NCBI GenBank assembly: GCA_047495785.1
Contig: JBLDXI010000030.1
Span: 744,001-808,000 of the forward strand
Direction: 5' to 3'
DNA from: Lepidodermella squamata
Lineage: Eukaryota > Animalia > Gastrotricha
Length of the DNA: 64,000 nt
This document shows, piece after piece, positions 25,612-37,796 of this stretch (positions are counted from its first letter, which is position 1; the number at the start of each line of letters is the position of its first letter). A program made the translations under genes and the position numbers. The notes under the pieces were generated by a model, which was not told where the DNA came from, ran no database searches, and saw only the letters and a list, made by a program, of their open reading frames with translations.

Positions 25612-26511
25612 TTGTACTTGTTTCAGTGCCTTTCTAGTGAGGTTGTGAAATGGCACTCAGCTATAGATCTGGCCAACGATACTGATAAAATCGTTCACGC
25701 AACTTATGACTCAAAAACCGACGTGATTTACTACACAAGCAGTTCTTCCAGTGAGATATACGGCGTGAATAGAAATGACCTGCAGAAAACGGGTGAAAAT
25801 GTGTCGAAAATTGGCTTTTTGAAGTCACTGCTCGGTGTCGAGGACAGGGCTATGCCTGGAATTCTCGTGAAGCGAAATCAAGCGAATGGCCGGATTTTCG
25901 AGACGTTGACACTCGATACAGAACGGCGCCTTCTCTTCGCCTGCGACTTCCGCGGTTCGGTGAAAGATATCAGCGTATGGCTTTTGTGCTCCATCGTCAC
26001 GCCTTCCGGTGGAAAATCAATAGCAGCCGAGTTCGCCTACTCAATCGCGAGTTCATTCGCGCCATACCACTGCGCGTTGTTTACGGCGCTGGCAAACAAC
26101 GGCCGCTTGCTAATGATCGGCATTTCCGATCGTAAAAACGGCAGAGTCGAACTCAGAGCTGTGGATGAGGCGAAATTCGTGTCGAGCTTAGTTGAGACTA
26201 AAACATCCGTCATCCCGCCGTTTCACGTAGGCTGGATTGCTTGGAACGGGAAAGATAACACTGAAAACTGCACCACAGAACCGAGTGAAATGATGTTCGA
26301 TAAAGTTGGAAATATGTACGTTGCTGAAGCTGGCGGAAATAGGATACACGTGTTTTCGATGTCTAACAGCACTGATGGGCAGTTCAGTACCCCGTTCAGG
26401 AGCAAGCACCTTATCCAAGTTCCGAGCAAGTGTGAAAGGTTAACGCTGTTTAAAGACAGGATACTTACAGCCATCGGGTGGACACTGATAGCCTTTGATA
26501 TATTCAAATAA
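25612..26511 (+). CDS. Last exon of a beta-propeller / NHL-repeat-like protein; 5' exons (about 25150-25600) unresolved
   Basis: 299-codon open frame with an acceptor near 25626; PSEMMFDKVGNMYVAEAGGNRIHVF matches an NHL repeat pattern. Confidence 0.55.
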   Translation: MYLFQCLSSEVVKWHSAIDLANDTDKIVHATYDSKTDVIYYTSSSSSEIYGVNRNDLQKTGENVSKIGFLKSLLGVEDRAMPGILVKRNQANGRIFETLTLDTERRLLFACDFRGSVKDISVWLLCSIVTPSGGKSIAAEFAYSIASSFAPYHCALFTALANNGRLLMIGISDRKNGRVELRAVDEAKFVSSLVETKTSVIPPFHVGWIAWNGKDNTENCTTEPSEMMFDKVGNMYVAEAGGNRIHVFSMSNSTDGQFSTPFRSKHLIQVPSKCERLTLFKDRILTAIGWTLIAFDIFK

Positions 26512-27077
26512 ATGAATAACTGACGCGTGTATGAGGCGCACGCACCGGAAAATGTAGCATCTTCTATTGATATTATTGCAGTGTCCGAAAATCCACATAA
26601 CTGCAAGGGGAACAACAACAAATTGTTCTTATACATTTTCAATTATAGAGTCACGACTAGCTGAGGTTCCATTAGTGACAAATGATATATAACACTATGC
26701 CCAAGTGTAAAGGAATTTTAATACTGAATAATCCAGAGATGATCCTGAATCCTCTGAGAGATATAAATCTAAAAAGTGTGTTCTGAAATTCTTAGGTAAT
26801 TGAGATCCACTTATTCCGGTCGAAAAACGTTTGCGCTTAAAAGAAAGACTCAGTTATATCTACATTGTTGGCAACAGACCCTAAAACCCTGGACGCGGTT
26901 CCAATTCTAATCCTAGCCGTGAATTGAACTAAAAGCTAAATTTTTACCAACGCCTCAATGCCAACCATATTTCTATAACTATAGCCTATAGCATCGTCCA
27001 ACAAACCAATGCTTTAAAAGAGATCCGAATAAATGCAAACCAATTGATGTATATTTTGCTGCGTACAGTTTTTATTT

Positions 27078-27593
27078 CTAATTAGGCAATGTTTTCCCAG
27101 CCATAATGTCTTTCGCCAACAAATGCGCCCACATGAAGAACGTCCCCCTTTGTTTGCAGATGGTTGCTGAATTCAGCATTTTCATACACGTCTGGAACCG
27201 TTGTTTCTGCTGCATATTCGCCATGAAGGCATCGAGAGCCGTTAGACGCTCGGCTATCATTCCGGGTAAATTGTCACAATCCAGCTTTTTACCGCCATTT
27301 GCTGCAAAAATCGAAACTGGCGATTGAAACTTGTCGCTTGGATATCGCAATAGTTTAGCCGTGTTGATGGCTTTTGTCTCGCTAGGAATTTTAATGTAAG
27401 AAAACGTGGAGGCTAGCTTCGATGCTGGCATTTTGGTCGGTGATACATCGATACACTTTCTGCGATATAAATTCGCGAGGGTCAACGCTGACATTTTCAT
27501 AACCGAGATGGTCATTTCAGCATTCTGGGCTGACTGCGCGGTATTTAGATCAAAGGACAAGAAAATCGATATTGCAAATAATACAAGAAACAT
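27078..27593 (-). CDS. Small secreted 4-Cys protein family, paralog 3 (single exon)
   Basis: Signal peptide MFLVLFAISIFLSF; LANLYRRKC ... RFQTCMKMLNSATICKQRGTFFMWAHLLAKDIMAGK. Confidence 0.82.
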   Translation of the reverse strand: MFLVLFAISIFLSFDLNTAQSAQNAEMTISVMKMSALTLANLYRRKCIDVSPTKMPASKLASTFSYIKIPSETKAINTAKLLRYPSDKFQSPVSIFAANGGKKLDCDNLPGMIAERLTALDAFMANMQQKQRFQTCMKMLNSATICKQRGTFFMWAHLLAKDIMAGKTLPN

Positions 27594-30500
27594 TTTAACG
27601 AATAGCTGAAAGAGAAATAGGAAGCTTTGCTTAAATACAAACATTTCACGCTTCAATACTCTGTCGCGATTAGCTGCATACCCCTACGGCGGAACTGAGA
27701 ATAATACGACACGTTTAGCGGTAAGTAGGGGAAACTGATGCGATACTAGGTCAAGCAACTTGTCGAATCGACATGAGAAGCGAAGCTTTTCACCCACGTT
27801 TATATGACTTCCGGACTCATTTTATGGCTATGAATCAACAAACTATGGCCCGTGGTGTAGTTATTTCGCCATATTGAATCGTGGGAATTCTATATCATCA
27901 AAAACCAGAACGTAAGAAAAGAAAGATTGATATTTAACTACAAGAATGCGCTAATAAAGAAATGATTTCTATATGCGAATTTCATGCCTCATTGATCTGA
28001 CGTTCAATTCAATACAAGCGGAACCTAATATGTGACACGTTTGAGGGTGTAAAGTGTAAAGGAAACGAATGAAATATATCGGACTGTACTATGAATAAAA
28101 AAGGTGAAAATGAGTGATATATGAGTGAGCCTGTGCCATCGATTATCGTGGGCATTCTAGATCAGTGAAATCTCAATTGTCTCAATGAACTAATAGCAAT
28201 ATGCTTGTAAATAAAAATTAAACAGAGTAAAATACAAAATACACTACTTGATTGATTACAATTTTTCCAGCCAATAATTAGTGACATGATTTCATCGATT
28301 AAGGCTGCGTAATATTGAGAGTTGAGCATGTTGAAAAACACACCTCAGCGATTTTGCATCCCGCTGATCAGTGCGCGAAGTAGGATCCTCGAGCTAGGGG
28401 GTATTTTCGGGCCCCAATTTTAGGACCCTGTGCTTTTTACGGGTTTTTTCCACTTTGACCTCCCGAACTGGTGGGTACGACACTCCGAATCGTCAGATGC
28501 GATAAGCAACACGTTCCACCGCATAGTTCTGTTAAGTGGCACCCTCCTTAAAAGAACTCCCTCGTTTGTAGACCGTATTTTTGGACCCCGTAAAATAAAT
28601 CAGTTGTTAATTTTTAATTAAACAAAAAATAATTATCTGATCAATTAAAAAAATTAAGTGTGACAAATTTGCGTTCTTAGAAACCTAGCGGTGCGTTGCC
28701 GTGGTTTTGAGAGATCCAGTTTTTTCAAGTATAGTGGAAACAAGTTGAAAGATCATCAGTGCATTTAGCTGTTCTTATGGATTTGAAATGAGTTTGATTA
28801 TGCAACAGAGTGCGTGGATTAGCTGCCACTCAAGTCGTGCTGCGAGTCGTCCTGATTTTTTAGTTTAAAATCCATCAGATATTACGCCAATTCATCTGAA
28901 AACAATTAGTAATTCGTTTCAAGAAAACTATAAAAATGCCCTTCTATCTTCAACCTTCTTTATTTGCGGATTTTTCATGAGGTCAATCGCTGATTAACCA
29001 GTAGACCCATTGAATTGCCCTGATTTTTCATTATTTAGCAGTTTTCCCGGCCGAAAATCTCTTTAAATTTTGCAGCATTATTATCATGAATCAGGATTAA
29101 AATCGTGACTTTTTCCTAGGAAAAACTGAAATTTCGTGGTATTTTGTATAACTTCTGAAGTTATTTCTCAATCTTTTGATGAATCCCGTTGGAATAAACC
29201 GTGAGCCCAATAGGAGATCTCTAGTAAAATTCAGGTATTCCTGGTCGAAAATTCTTGACTACTTTTCGACTGTAAAAGATGAGATTTTCAGATTTTCAAA
29301 TTTATTTCCCAGCCGTGTTGCGTAATCACGAAAAATCAAGTCCTTTTGTTCAGATCTAATTAAATTTTGATACATGAATTTTTTCGCATTCGCTCATTCA
29401 TCATTAGACCGATTTCATTCGTTCGAGTTCGAGTTATTGGAATTATTAGCCGATCGATAGTTGATGGGCCTGATCTACTAACATGAAACTAGCTGCCACT
29501 ACTAAACGATTTCATTACTCAGCGCCCTGGCAATTTTCTCGGTTTTTTCACAACTTTTAATAATTAGATTTTGACTTTAAAAATCGCAACATCCCGAGGA
29601 GGGGCGGCGGGAGCTTCTGCCCGATTTTTTACTGACTCGATCTTAATTGGCCAGTCAAATGGAAATCAAACCCCGCCTGAGAAGATGATAATTCATTCGA
29701 TTCAATCGAAACACCCACCGAATCGGTGCTTCTTCTTGGCGGAACCGCACGTCTTATGCCTTGAAGTTCCGTGATCGCTCGATGCCATTAATTCGATGAA
29801 ATTCAAAGAAAGAGTAACTGCGTAAAAATAATCGAAAATATATAATTCGTCCTAATTCTTTCACATTTAATATTAGTTATTTTTTGAATAATTCTACGAA
29901 TTTTGGGCGATGCGTGAGTTCTGAATTCAACGCTTCGTCTTATAGAGAATGTTACGCTAAATTTGATTGTGATTTTTTTCAGAGAAATATCCGAAAAGTG
30001 ATTTCAGGCCACTGAAATTTCAAGCTTTGATTTTAAATGACATTTTTTTACTATTTTAATTGGACAAGATGAGCTTGTTTGAAGTAAATCGAAACAATGA
30101 GATTCCAGTTACGTTTTAATTGTGAGTTCATTTACCCCAGGCAGGATAAAGATCAGAGAAAAAACAGCTAACCGGTTAAATCAAAGTCGCCCTTGAATCT
30201 AAGAAAACAAAACTTATGATTCATCGCGTTATACGTTATAGTTTCACAGGCTTTAGCAAGGAACACTTGCACTTAGACATAATCCGTGTCCGTCTCTTTT
30301 AGCGCGTTTCCATGCCAACTGTCTTAAGACGTGGCAACGGTCTATTTTTAGCTCCTGCATTCAATAACAGCCCTCGTTATAGCTTTCCCTTGTTTAAAGA
30401 CCGGGTCTGGCGCCCGACCCAGTGCCTTTATCGAGGGAGCACTGTATTGTATATTGTATCCGATTCATTGCCTAAATCGTCAGAGCTGAGTTCCGCGTTA

Positions 30501-30977
30501 ATTTTCATTGGTGCGCAGATGTTAACCACAGGCTATATCTGAACGATTTACGCCTTGATAAGGTGTGAGATCGCTTATTTACCGACTTTCAAAAAGCGCA
30601 TTTTGTGGGTGAAATCAAACGAATCCGCCTTCTTCTGCTCTGTCGTCATTGGAAGCCTGATCCTAGATTGTATCATTTTTTTGAAGATGATTGATCAACG
30701 GGAATCCTGTAACGTTGAATATAATCAAATAAACCTCATATCAAAGTGAAAAAAAGAATTCATGATTCTCGGCAACACAAATGAGAACTTTTTCAGTCTG
30801 AAAATTGAAGGTTTCGCATACATGTCTTATGGCGATGTTCAAGTGATCGATGAACATTTTGCAGGTATCAAACAACGAAGCTCAAGTTTATCGGGAACAA
30901 ATAATCCAGGTGTTCGCGTTAATTGAAAAATTTGAAATGCGACGAAAATTGTTTCATTAAAGCTAAAAAATTGCATC

Positions 30978-32323
30978 ATGCATCTCAATTTTCTAGTGAT
31001 TTCTTTGTTGTGTCGTCTCGGCTTGCAAGCAGCAGGAGATGATGGCAATACTGAGGTTGAAGTAGAATACATCCCACCTGGAGATGGATTCAAATATGCA
31101 ACGATAAGACGGTGCAGTCTTCTTTCGAAATCACGGCCAATAGACGACTCGAATGAACCAATCAACGTCACTGTCGATTTTATTCCTTACCGATTCCTAG
31201 GGATAAACGACAAAGAGCAAACGTGAGAGATTTGAAACGAAATACAACCAGAATGTATCAGTTGGAATTCCATTGCAGGTATTCAATGATTGCTGAGATA
31301 GATTTAACATGGATGCATCCCTGCGCTAGTTGGAACGAGAGTCAAAGCACCTTGAAGCAATTCGAATTGACAGCAGCCGATTGCTGGTATCCGAAAGTTC
31401 AACACATAAACGCTAATGATGACGTATCAAAACTTGACACGTGAGATTTAGGAATTTTTCTTATTCAATGAAACATTTCAGAACTTATATAAAGGGTCAT
31501 GGAGACTACGGGAAAGATATACTTCGTTAGTACTGGTGAATCCTATGTTCCAGCGGTTCTTGGGTTAAACTCATTCTGCAGAGTCAAGTGAGTTATCTAA
31601 AAGCCGATTGATTCGAGCTCATAGGAATATCGCTTTCTGTTTAGATTAGGAAAGTTCCCATTTGATGAACAAGTTTGCAATGTCTTCATCGAATCCTGGT
31701 ACAACAGCGCTGAGGTCGTACTTCAGCTATCTGAAAAAACTTCTTCCCTGGTGAGCCCTGACAACGAAAACTTCATATCCTCAGCCGATATTTGGGAACT
31801 TCTTGAGTCAAACTCCAGTGTCGTGCCTATCGAGTATTTCGAGGCAGCTGATCCTGTTAACAGCGTATTCTATCGGGTCATTTTCTCCTTCCGATTCCGC
31901 CGGAAGCCAAGCTTCTATCTTTTGAATATTTTCCTACCGAGTTTTGCATTGTTGTCGCTGCTACTTACGGTCGGAATTATGCCGCCTGAACACCCTGACC
32001 GTCCGGGTTTTTGCATGACAGTCGTCCTATCCTATACCGTTTTACAAAGCATAGTATCAGATTCGTTGCCGAAATCTTCTGATCTGTGCTATGCATTGAT
32101 TTTCATGGGCTGCCAGATGATAACAGGCTGTCTGTGCACAATCTACTCGCTGACTACGTGCCATATAGCCGGTAAGCAAATACGCGGTGGGGTGAAGCGT
32201 GAAATTAACATATGCGGCTGCCGGGTATCGCTTATTAGATTTTTCGATGCAGTTTTCTTTCTCATCGTCGGCATTGTTAACTTTGTGATCGATATTGTCA
32301 TATTCTCTATAATGATTTTCTGA
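30978..32323 (+). CDS. Divergent Cys-loop pLGIC subunit 8 (4 exons)
   Basis: Signal peptide; CSLLSKSRP; WMHPCASW; spliced CRVKLGKFPFDEQVC; FRRKPSFY; PDR; 4 TM. Confidence 0.9.
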
Positions 32324-32548
32324 GGCCTCTAAATTTATGTTCAGGGTTCAGGTATGACTTGAACATTAAACAGCGCCTCGTACCCTAAGTTCAGATTTTG
32401 AATGACTTTGGACAATTTTTCAATAAGTAAAAGAAGAAATGAGGATACACCACAAACATCAGGTTTTACTCAGGAAAATTTCGATTACATGGTTTTCAAA
32501 GGGGAATTTCATCTAGAAACTCGAATAAAGAAAACAGAGTTACACTGG

Positions 32549-33169
32549 TTACACGGAATTTTCAGGTTGCACCTTGCCATCCATGATGTTCTTAGCCACG
32601 GTGTGAGCCCAGATGAAAAACGACCCAGACTGCTGGCAAATCGGCATTGACCGGAATATGTTCATGCATTTCGATAGCCGTTTTTGATTTTCCACTTCCA
32701 GCAGGACTCGTTTAGCATCTTTCAAGCGCACCGCAACGATAGTCGCCAATTTCGCGCAATCAACAGGTGGCGGTGGTTTTGATTTCGCCTTGGCTAGGCT
32801 GGGGTTTGAAAACTTTGGATTTTTGTTCTGCGATGCGGTCTTCTGGATGAGCGTACCCATTATCTCCTTTCTCGCCGCTGCCATGTCTACACCCTTGAAT
32901 AAAACCCCACTCAACTCCTTGCCAGCATACGACGGGTCTTTCGAACATTTGTCCTCGTAAAGCTTTGCGAGAACGAAGCTTGAAAACGCTTGTTTAACAG
33001 CTAGGAAAAGAAATTAAGCTGGATTTTTTTAATATTGAAATTTCTTATTCCACTAACCTGCATCTGTCTTGATCATCTGAACCATAGCATCTGGGTCCGA
33101 AACCGCCGAGAGACATCCCGAAAATTGGGCGAAGATAAGAGTTAGAATTGAAATTGAAGTCGAACTCAT
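32549..33169 (-). CDS. Small secreted 4-Cys protein family, paralog 4 (2 exons)
   Basis: Signal peptide MSSTSISILTLIFAQFSGCLS; phase-1 intron; LAKLYEDKC ... RLSKCMNIFRSMPICQQSGSFFIWAHTVAKNIMDGK. Confidence 0.8.
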
Positions 33170-34876
33170 TTCGAGTAGAAACTAACTAACGGGCTGACGA
33201 GAAAAAGTTTGGTCAATCGAAAAAGACAACTTTTTCTACGAGTGGGAGCAGCACGCCAACGTTCCGCGGCAAATTTTGTGTACTCATGATTGAACAGCGC
33301 AATAACAAGATCATAGAGGTGAAATTGATTTAAGTCTCACCTCCTTCATGTGATTTACAAATTACGGCTTTCTATTTTTCATGTCATGACACAAAGAAAC
33401 TGCCGATCTATGAGCTCAATTGTGATTGGAAGCAATGAGAGCGCAAATCGAATCAACATGGATGCCACAGTGTCCCATTTACAAATTTGATATGACTACT
33501 GCACGTTGCGCGCAGCGTGCGATGCCTCGATGTCAAAATCCCACGTTTGAAAAATAGTTGAAAACGTAAAAAAATGCACGCGATCATACACTAATTTACG
33601 CAGATATTATCTAGGATTTTGAGTGGGCCAAACTAAAAGGGCGTGCCAGTTCATGCACGATATCGGCACTTTACAACCGCAAGGCAGAGTACACGAGTTA
33701 AATTATGATTTGGCAGCGAGAACAAATTTAGGAATAGTACTATTCCCACGCCCGTTTTTTACTGATTTGTCATTTTCAGAACAAATTCCGCAATCATTCT
33801 GCGGGGTTAGCACTCTTTTTCCAGAGTACGTTCATTTTTTCAATGCCTTTATCCGGGTAAGAAAAGTCTGAAAGGTGATGTAAAGGAGCAGAGAACAATA
33901 TACATTTATTTTGCTTAGCTAGAAAGCGCAAATCGCAACTGAAAAAGAAGTAAATAATTAGACGACTAAAGAAAAAGTCTCATTGCTTCCAAGTCCTGCT
34001 ATTTATCACGTTTTTGAATCACGTTTTTAAAGCGACTGTAATTTAAAAGGGCAGCTATATACTCCAAAACCGTTAGCTTGTTCTGAAACTACCCTGAACC
34101 ATGATGGAACCCTGATGGAATTTAGTCCGATTGTCTTTGCAGAAGCGAGTAGTTACATAGGTACGATGCATCATGCCAACAGTCTAATATTTAGGCTCAA
34201 TTTATTCGCTTGAGGATGAATCGTGGGAAATGTATCACAAGTTCTTTTAGATATTTGTGTTTCAACTGAAAGCCTCAAACATATTGTGGATATAAATCAG
34301 CTACCCCGGTCGAGTTGCGTCACGAAGGAAAATATTTGCTGTCTCATTGAAGGTTTGAAGTGCCGAAGGAAAAGTGTGAATTTGCATATGTTTTACGCAA
34401 CAGTAAAGGACCCGATGAGGGCCAAATATTACCTGACATTAGCCATATCCAAGAGCTATCTGTGGTAGAAAAATTGGCCCACCAGCATCACCCATTCAAA
34501 TGTTTTCCAGACTCAAAGTTTGCACTTTTCTTTCGATCACAGCCCTTATACTCACAATTTTGTTTGAAACACATGCTTGATACTAGTTCACATATTTAGT
34601 TGAACAGCGCAATATGATATGTTTTCGAGCGAATGAAAGTGTATCAGCAGTTTATTAAACTGGGCGATAATTATTTCATAAATTTACTGATTAGCCTGAA
34701 ATAATATTTTTGTTCGCAATCATGCGCAGGTCTTCAAGGTCAGCTAATAAGCATCAGGGCACTGTGCTAATTTAGCATGCCTCTAGCAATTAACAAAGGG
34801 TGAACACTTCCGGGCTTTACATTTGAAGCGAAGAGCGCCGACTTGCTATTCGATAAAAACAATTTCGCACTGAAAA

Positions 34877-37267
34877 ATGTTTTTAACTGCGGCAAATTTG
34901 GTGAATATATTCATGAGCGCTCTGCCTTTCGCATGTTCTCAGATGAAATCCCAATCGATTCTCGTACCAGTGTTTACAGCCGGATTGGAAGTTCTGAATG
35001 CAACATTACTACCGGATGGAAAACAGCAGCAAAGGTGTTTAAAAGTCGCCGTCAATTTCTTGGTCAATAGTTTGAATTCAAACGCGAAATTCCTGCCTGA
35101 TTATAATTTGCAGCTCGAGATGTATGACACTGAATTAGCTTTCGTTTCTCAGGATATTGTTAGCTTTTACAAGCCTCTGGACAACAAAATTCCACAAAAC
35201 ACTTCATTGTCACCATTTTATATGGGACCTTCGCTGTCACAGAAAACCGAAGACGGTCGATACCAGCGAACATTTCAGGTGATTCGAAAGTCGCTTTCGC
35301 TGTCCCAGATTCAGCTGGTGGCCGGGGCATTCTACTGGACATGGCCTAAGGATATCTGGACAGACTCTATTGCAGGCGTTTTCCTAAGACATGCCACGAT
35401 TAATACGATTCTCCACATTGGCAGGTGGCGCCAAATCGCTTTGCTATCAGTTGCTACGGAGGACATCAAGTCAGCAGATGTCCTCATAAAAAATGCGACA
35501 ATTTTCGAAGAAAACGGTATCGAAGTTGTTCAGGCAGAAGTTGGTGTGTCATACACTGAATTTATGGCCGTTAAACAGCTGGGCCTAGCCAGAATCCTTG
35601 TTTTGTCAGGAACGTTTCCCGCTGAGCAATGCGCCATGATTATGTGCGAAAGTTACGCAGCAGGCATTCGAGCGCCGGAATACGTCATGTTTTTCCCGAA
35701 TTCAATATGTGTGGGCTATCGACTGGATACAACAGCTTCAATCTGCGATTTGTCTATTCAAAACCAGCAAATCAAAATATCCATATTTCTGACTCATTGG
35801 CCAGCTGATCCTTTATTCTTTTTGTACTCACCTGTCGTTTATGCCGCGATAGACTCTGAATTTCTTTACAGCAGACAACGGCAAAGTATGGAATTGCTAA
35901 AAGAAAATTGCACGTTTGATGCTTCTAAATTAGCAGCTTTGAATCGCCAATTATTGAGTGGTCTATTTCTTTTGAATGCGACGGAGACAATTCTGAAATC
36001 ACGTAGCCTCAGCCTACGCGATTTTCGAAGCGATAAACCGGAATTAACCTGGAAAGTAATCAGCCAGGCATTCGGTGATATGGGGAGTTATTTCGAGTAC
36101 TACAGGTCCAACAACAAAAAGAACGATCAAGTTGGTGGGACATCTTTTCTAGTTCAGAGAACTGGAGCGGGCTCTGTCGGTTTTGACTTCCAATTCCGAG
36201 CGAATCTAACCGGGAATCGATCAACCTATGAAGATATATCGACTCAAAAGATTGAACTGATGTCATCGATAAAATGGGCTACTTTGAGCGGCAAGGCGCC
36301 TAAAGACCTGTCAGCTTTAATCAACATCTCTGGACATATCAACTATACTGAGATTTACGTACTAACTGGTTTATCCACCTTAATAATTCTGGTGGAAGTC
36401 GCTATTGGAATTTTCGCTATTCACCGCCTTAAACTAAGGCTGAACTCAGTTAGGGCGCTGTACTTTAACACTTCCTCAGGATTTGCGGTTCTACTCGGCT
36501 GTTTGCTTCTTAACATATCAGTCTACGTCATAACGCTTGGGCCAGTTTACTTCCCTGAAATATACTGCAGCTTTAGGGATCTGTTTACCGTACTCGGGTT
36601 GTCAATGGTCAACTCGGCGATTTTTGTTCGAATGGCTACAATGGTCTTTTTTATGAATTTGCACTACTATATCAGCCGTGGTGTGCGTCGAAAGTCTCGC
36701 TTCAGTGTAAGCCAAGCTGAGAAGGAGAGACATCTTGCAATGATTACCCTTCAAAGGACATGCTTCATTACAATTTCAATCGTTGTAGGCGCTTGCACGG
36801 CGATTTTCGTCATCTGGCAACTCGTTGAGCCTATGAGTTACATATCAAGTTTTACCGAGTCTGAATTCAGCTCTCAGCTAGACTCTTTCTTCAGAATTGA
36901 AGTTCGATACTGCTGGTCGAGGAATGGCAGCTTTTTGATAATGACGCTAGTTTTGATTCAGGGCATCTTGTTGTCGATTGGCTGCTTTCAAGCGGTGACG
37001 ATTCGTCGAACCGCGATTTCTTGGCTCCGTCAAAGATTTCAGCTTGATGTGAGGACATACCGAGTTGCAGCTTGGAATGCCTTGTTTCTAACTTTGGTTA
37101 TTGCTCTTGGTGAATCGGCTCTGTCGATAAATCATCCGTCACGAGCTCATATCAGCATGACATTTCTGCCTAGTGGGCTTTTGCTCTACTCACTTTCATC
37201 AGTAATTGCCATTTTTTATGGATTCCTCAAGATTTCTACTCTATCCAGGCCTAGTCAACCCTATTAG
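34877..37267 (+). CDS. Divergent class C GPCR, GABA-B-like architecture (intronless), pair A copy 1
   Basis: Venus-flytrap-like N-terminus (NSNAKFLPDYNLQLEMYDT, GRWRQIALL, ARILVL), seven hydrophobic helices, Cys at TM3 and ECL2, no cysteine-rich domain. Confidence 0.85.
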   Translation: MFLTAANLVNIFMSALPFACSQMKSQSILVPVFTAGLEVLNATLLPDGKQQQRCLKVAVNFLVNSLNSNAKFLPDYNLQLEMYDTELAFVSQDIVSFYKPLDNKIPQNTSLSPFYMGPSLSQKTEDGRYQRTFQVIRKSLSLSQIQLVAGAFYWTWPKDIWTDSIAGVFLRHATINTILHIGRWRQIALLSVATEDIKSADVLIKNATIFEENGIEVVQAEVGVSYTEFMAVKQLGLARILVLSGTFPAEQCAMIMCESYAAGIRAPEYVMFFPNSICVGYRLDTTASICDLSIQNQQIKISIFLTHWPADPLFFLYSPVVYAAIDSEFLYSRQRQSMELLKENCTFDASKLAALNRQLLSGLFLLNATETILKSRSLSLRDFRSDKPELTWKVISQAFGDMGSYFEYYRSNNKKNDQVGGTSFLVQRTGAGSVGFDFQFRANLTGNRSTYEDISTQKIELMSSIKWATLSGKAPKDLSALINISGHINYTEIYVLTGLSTLIILVEVAIGIFAIHRLKLRLNSVRALYFNTSSGFAVLLGCLLLNISVYVITLGPVYFPEIYCSFRDLFTVLGLSMVNSAIFVRMATMVFFMNLHYYISRGVRRKSRFSVSQAEKERHLAMITLQRTCFITISIVVGACTAIFVIWQLVEPMSYISSFTESEFSSQLDSFFRIEVRYCWSRNGSFLIMTLVLIQGILLSIGCFQAVTIRRTAISWLRQRFQLDVRTYRVAAWNALFLTLVIALGESALSINHPSRAHISMTFLPSGLLLYSLSSVIAIFYGFLKISTLSRPSQPY

Positions 37268-37796
37268 CCATTGGACCATGCTATTCAGGACTTTATTACC
37301 CAATTCTAAACCCTAACACTAACCACCTAATTGTCGAAATCCCAATGTGTAAATCATTTTGAATTGTGCTTAATGTAACTCGGAGGCATTGAAACGCGAG
37401 AAATCGTTTGATTTTTCAAACTTGGCCGCGTCAGTTGCGTGACCGGGCCGCAACAATATGGAATGGCATTTGATATCATAAACTCAGAATATATCAGATC
37501 TTCAACAATCGAGGTCGGAATTATCAGGAAATGTAATTATATAATTTAAAAATAAAATTGTTGAAAGCTCTCAATTAATTTAGCTGCCTAATAAAAAAGA
37601 ATACTAGCTTCGATGTCTGTTGCATAGCGCTGATAGCATTTTCCTCGTGTTTTGCATTTTAGCACGTTCCGTTCACAGTTGCTTATTCGTTCAGGTGGTT
37701 TTCTGCCGGAGATCATCAAGTTGTACCTGCTTGCTGTTGTGCTATAACTCATGCTCTTCTCTCTGGTGGACACATACCGCATATGTCTGTAATCTA

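Noticed and set aside
28369-28430. Left end resembling hAT-like family C (CAGTGCGCGAAGTAGGATCC)
   Set aside because: No matching right TIR or TSD was found, so an element could not be delimited.
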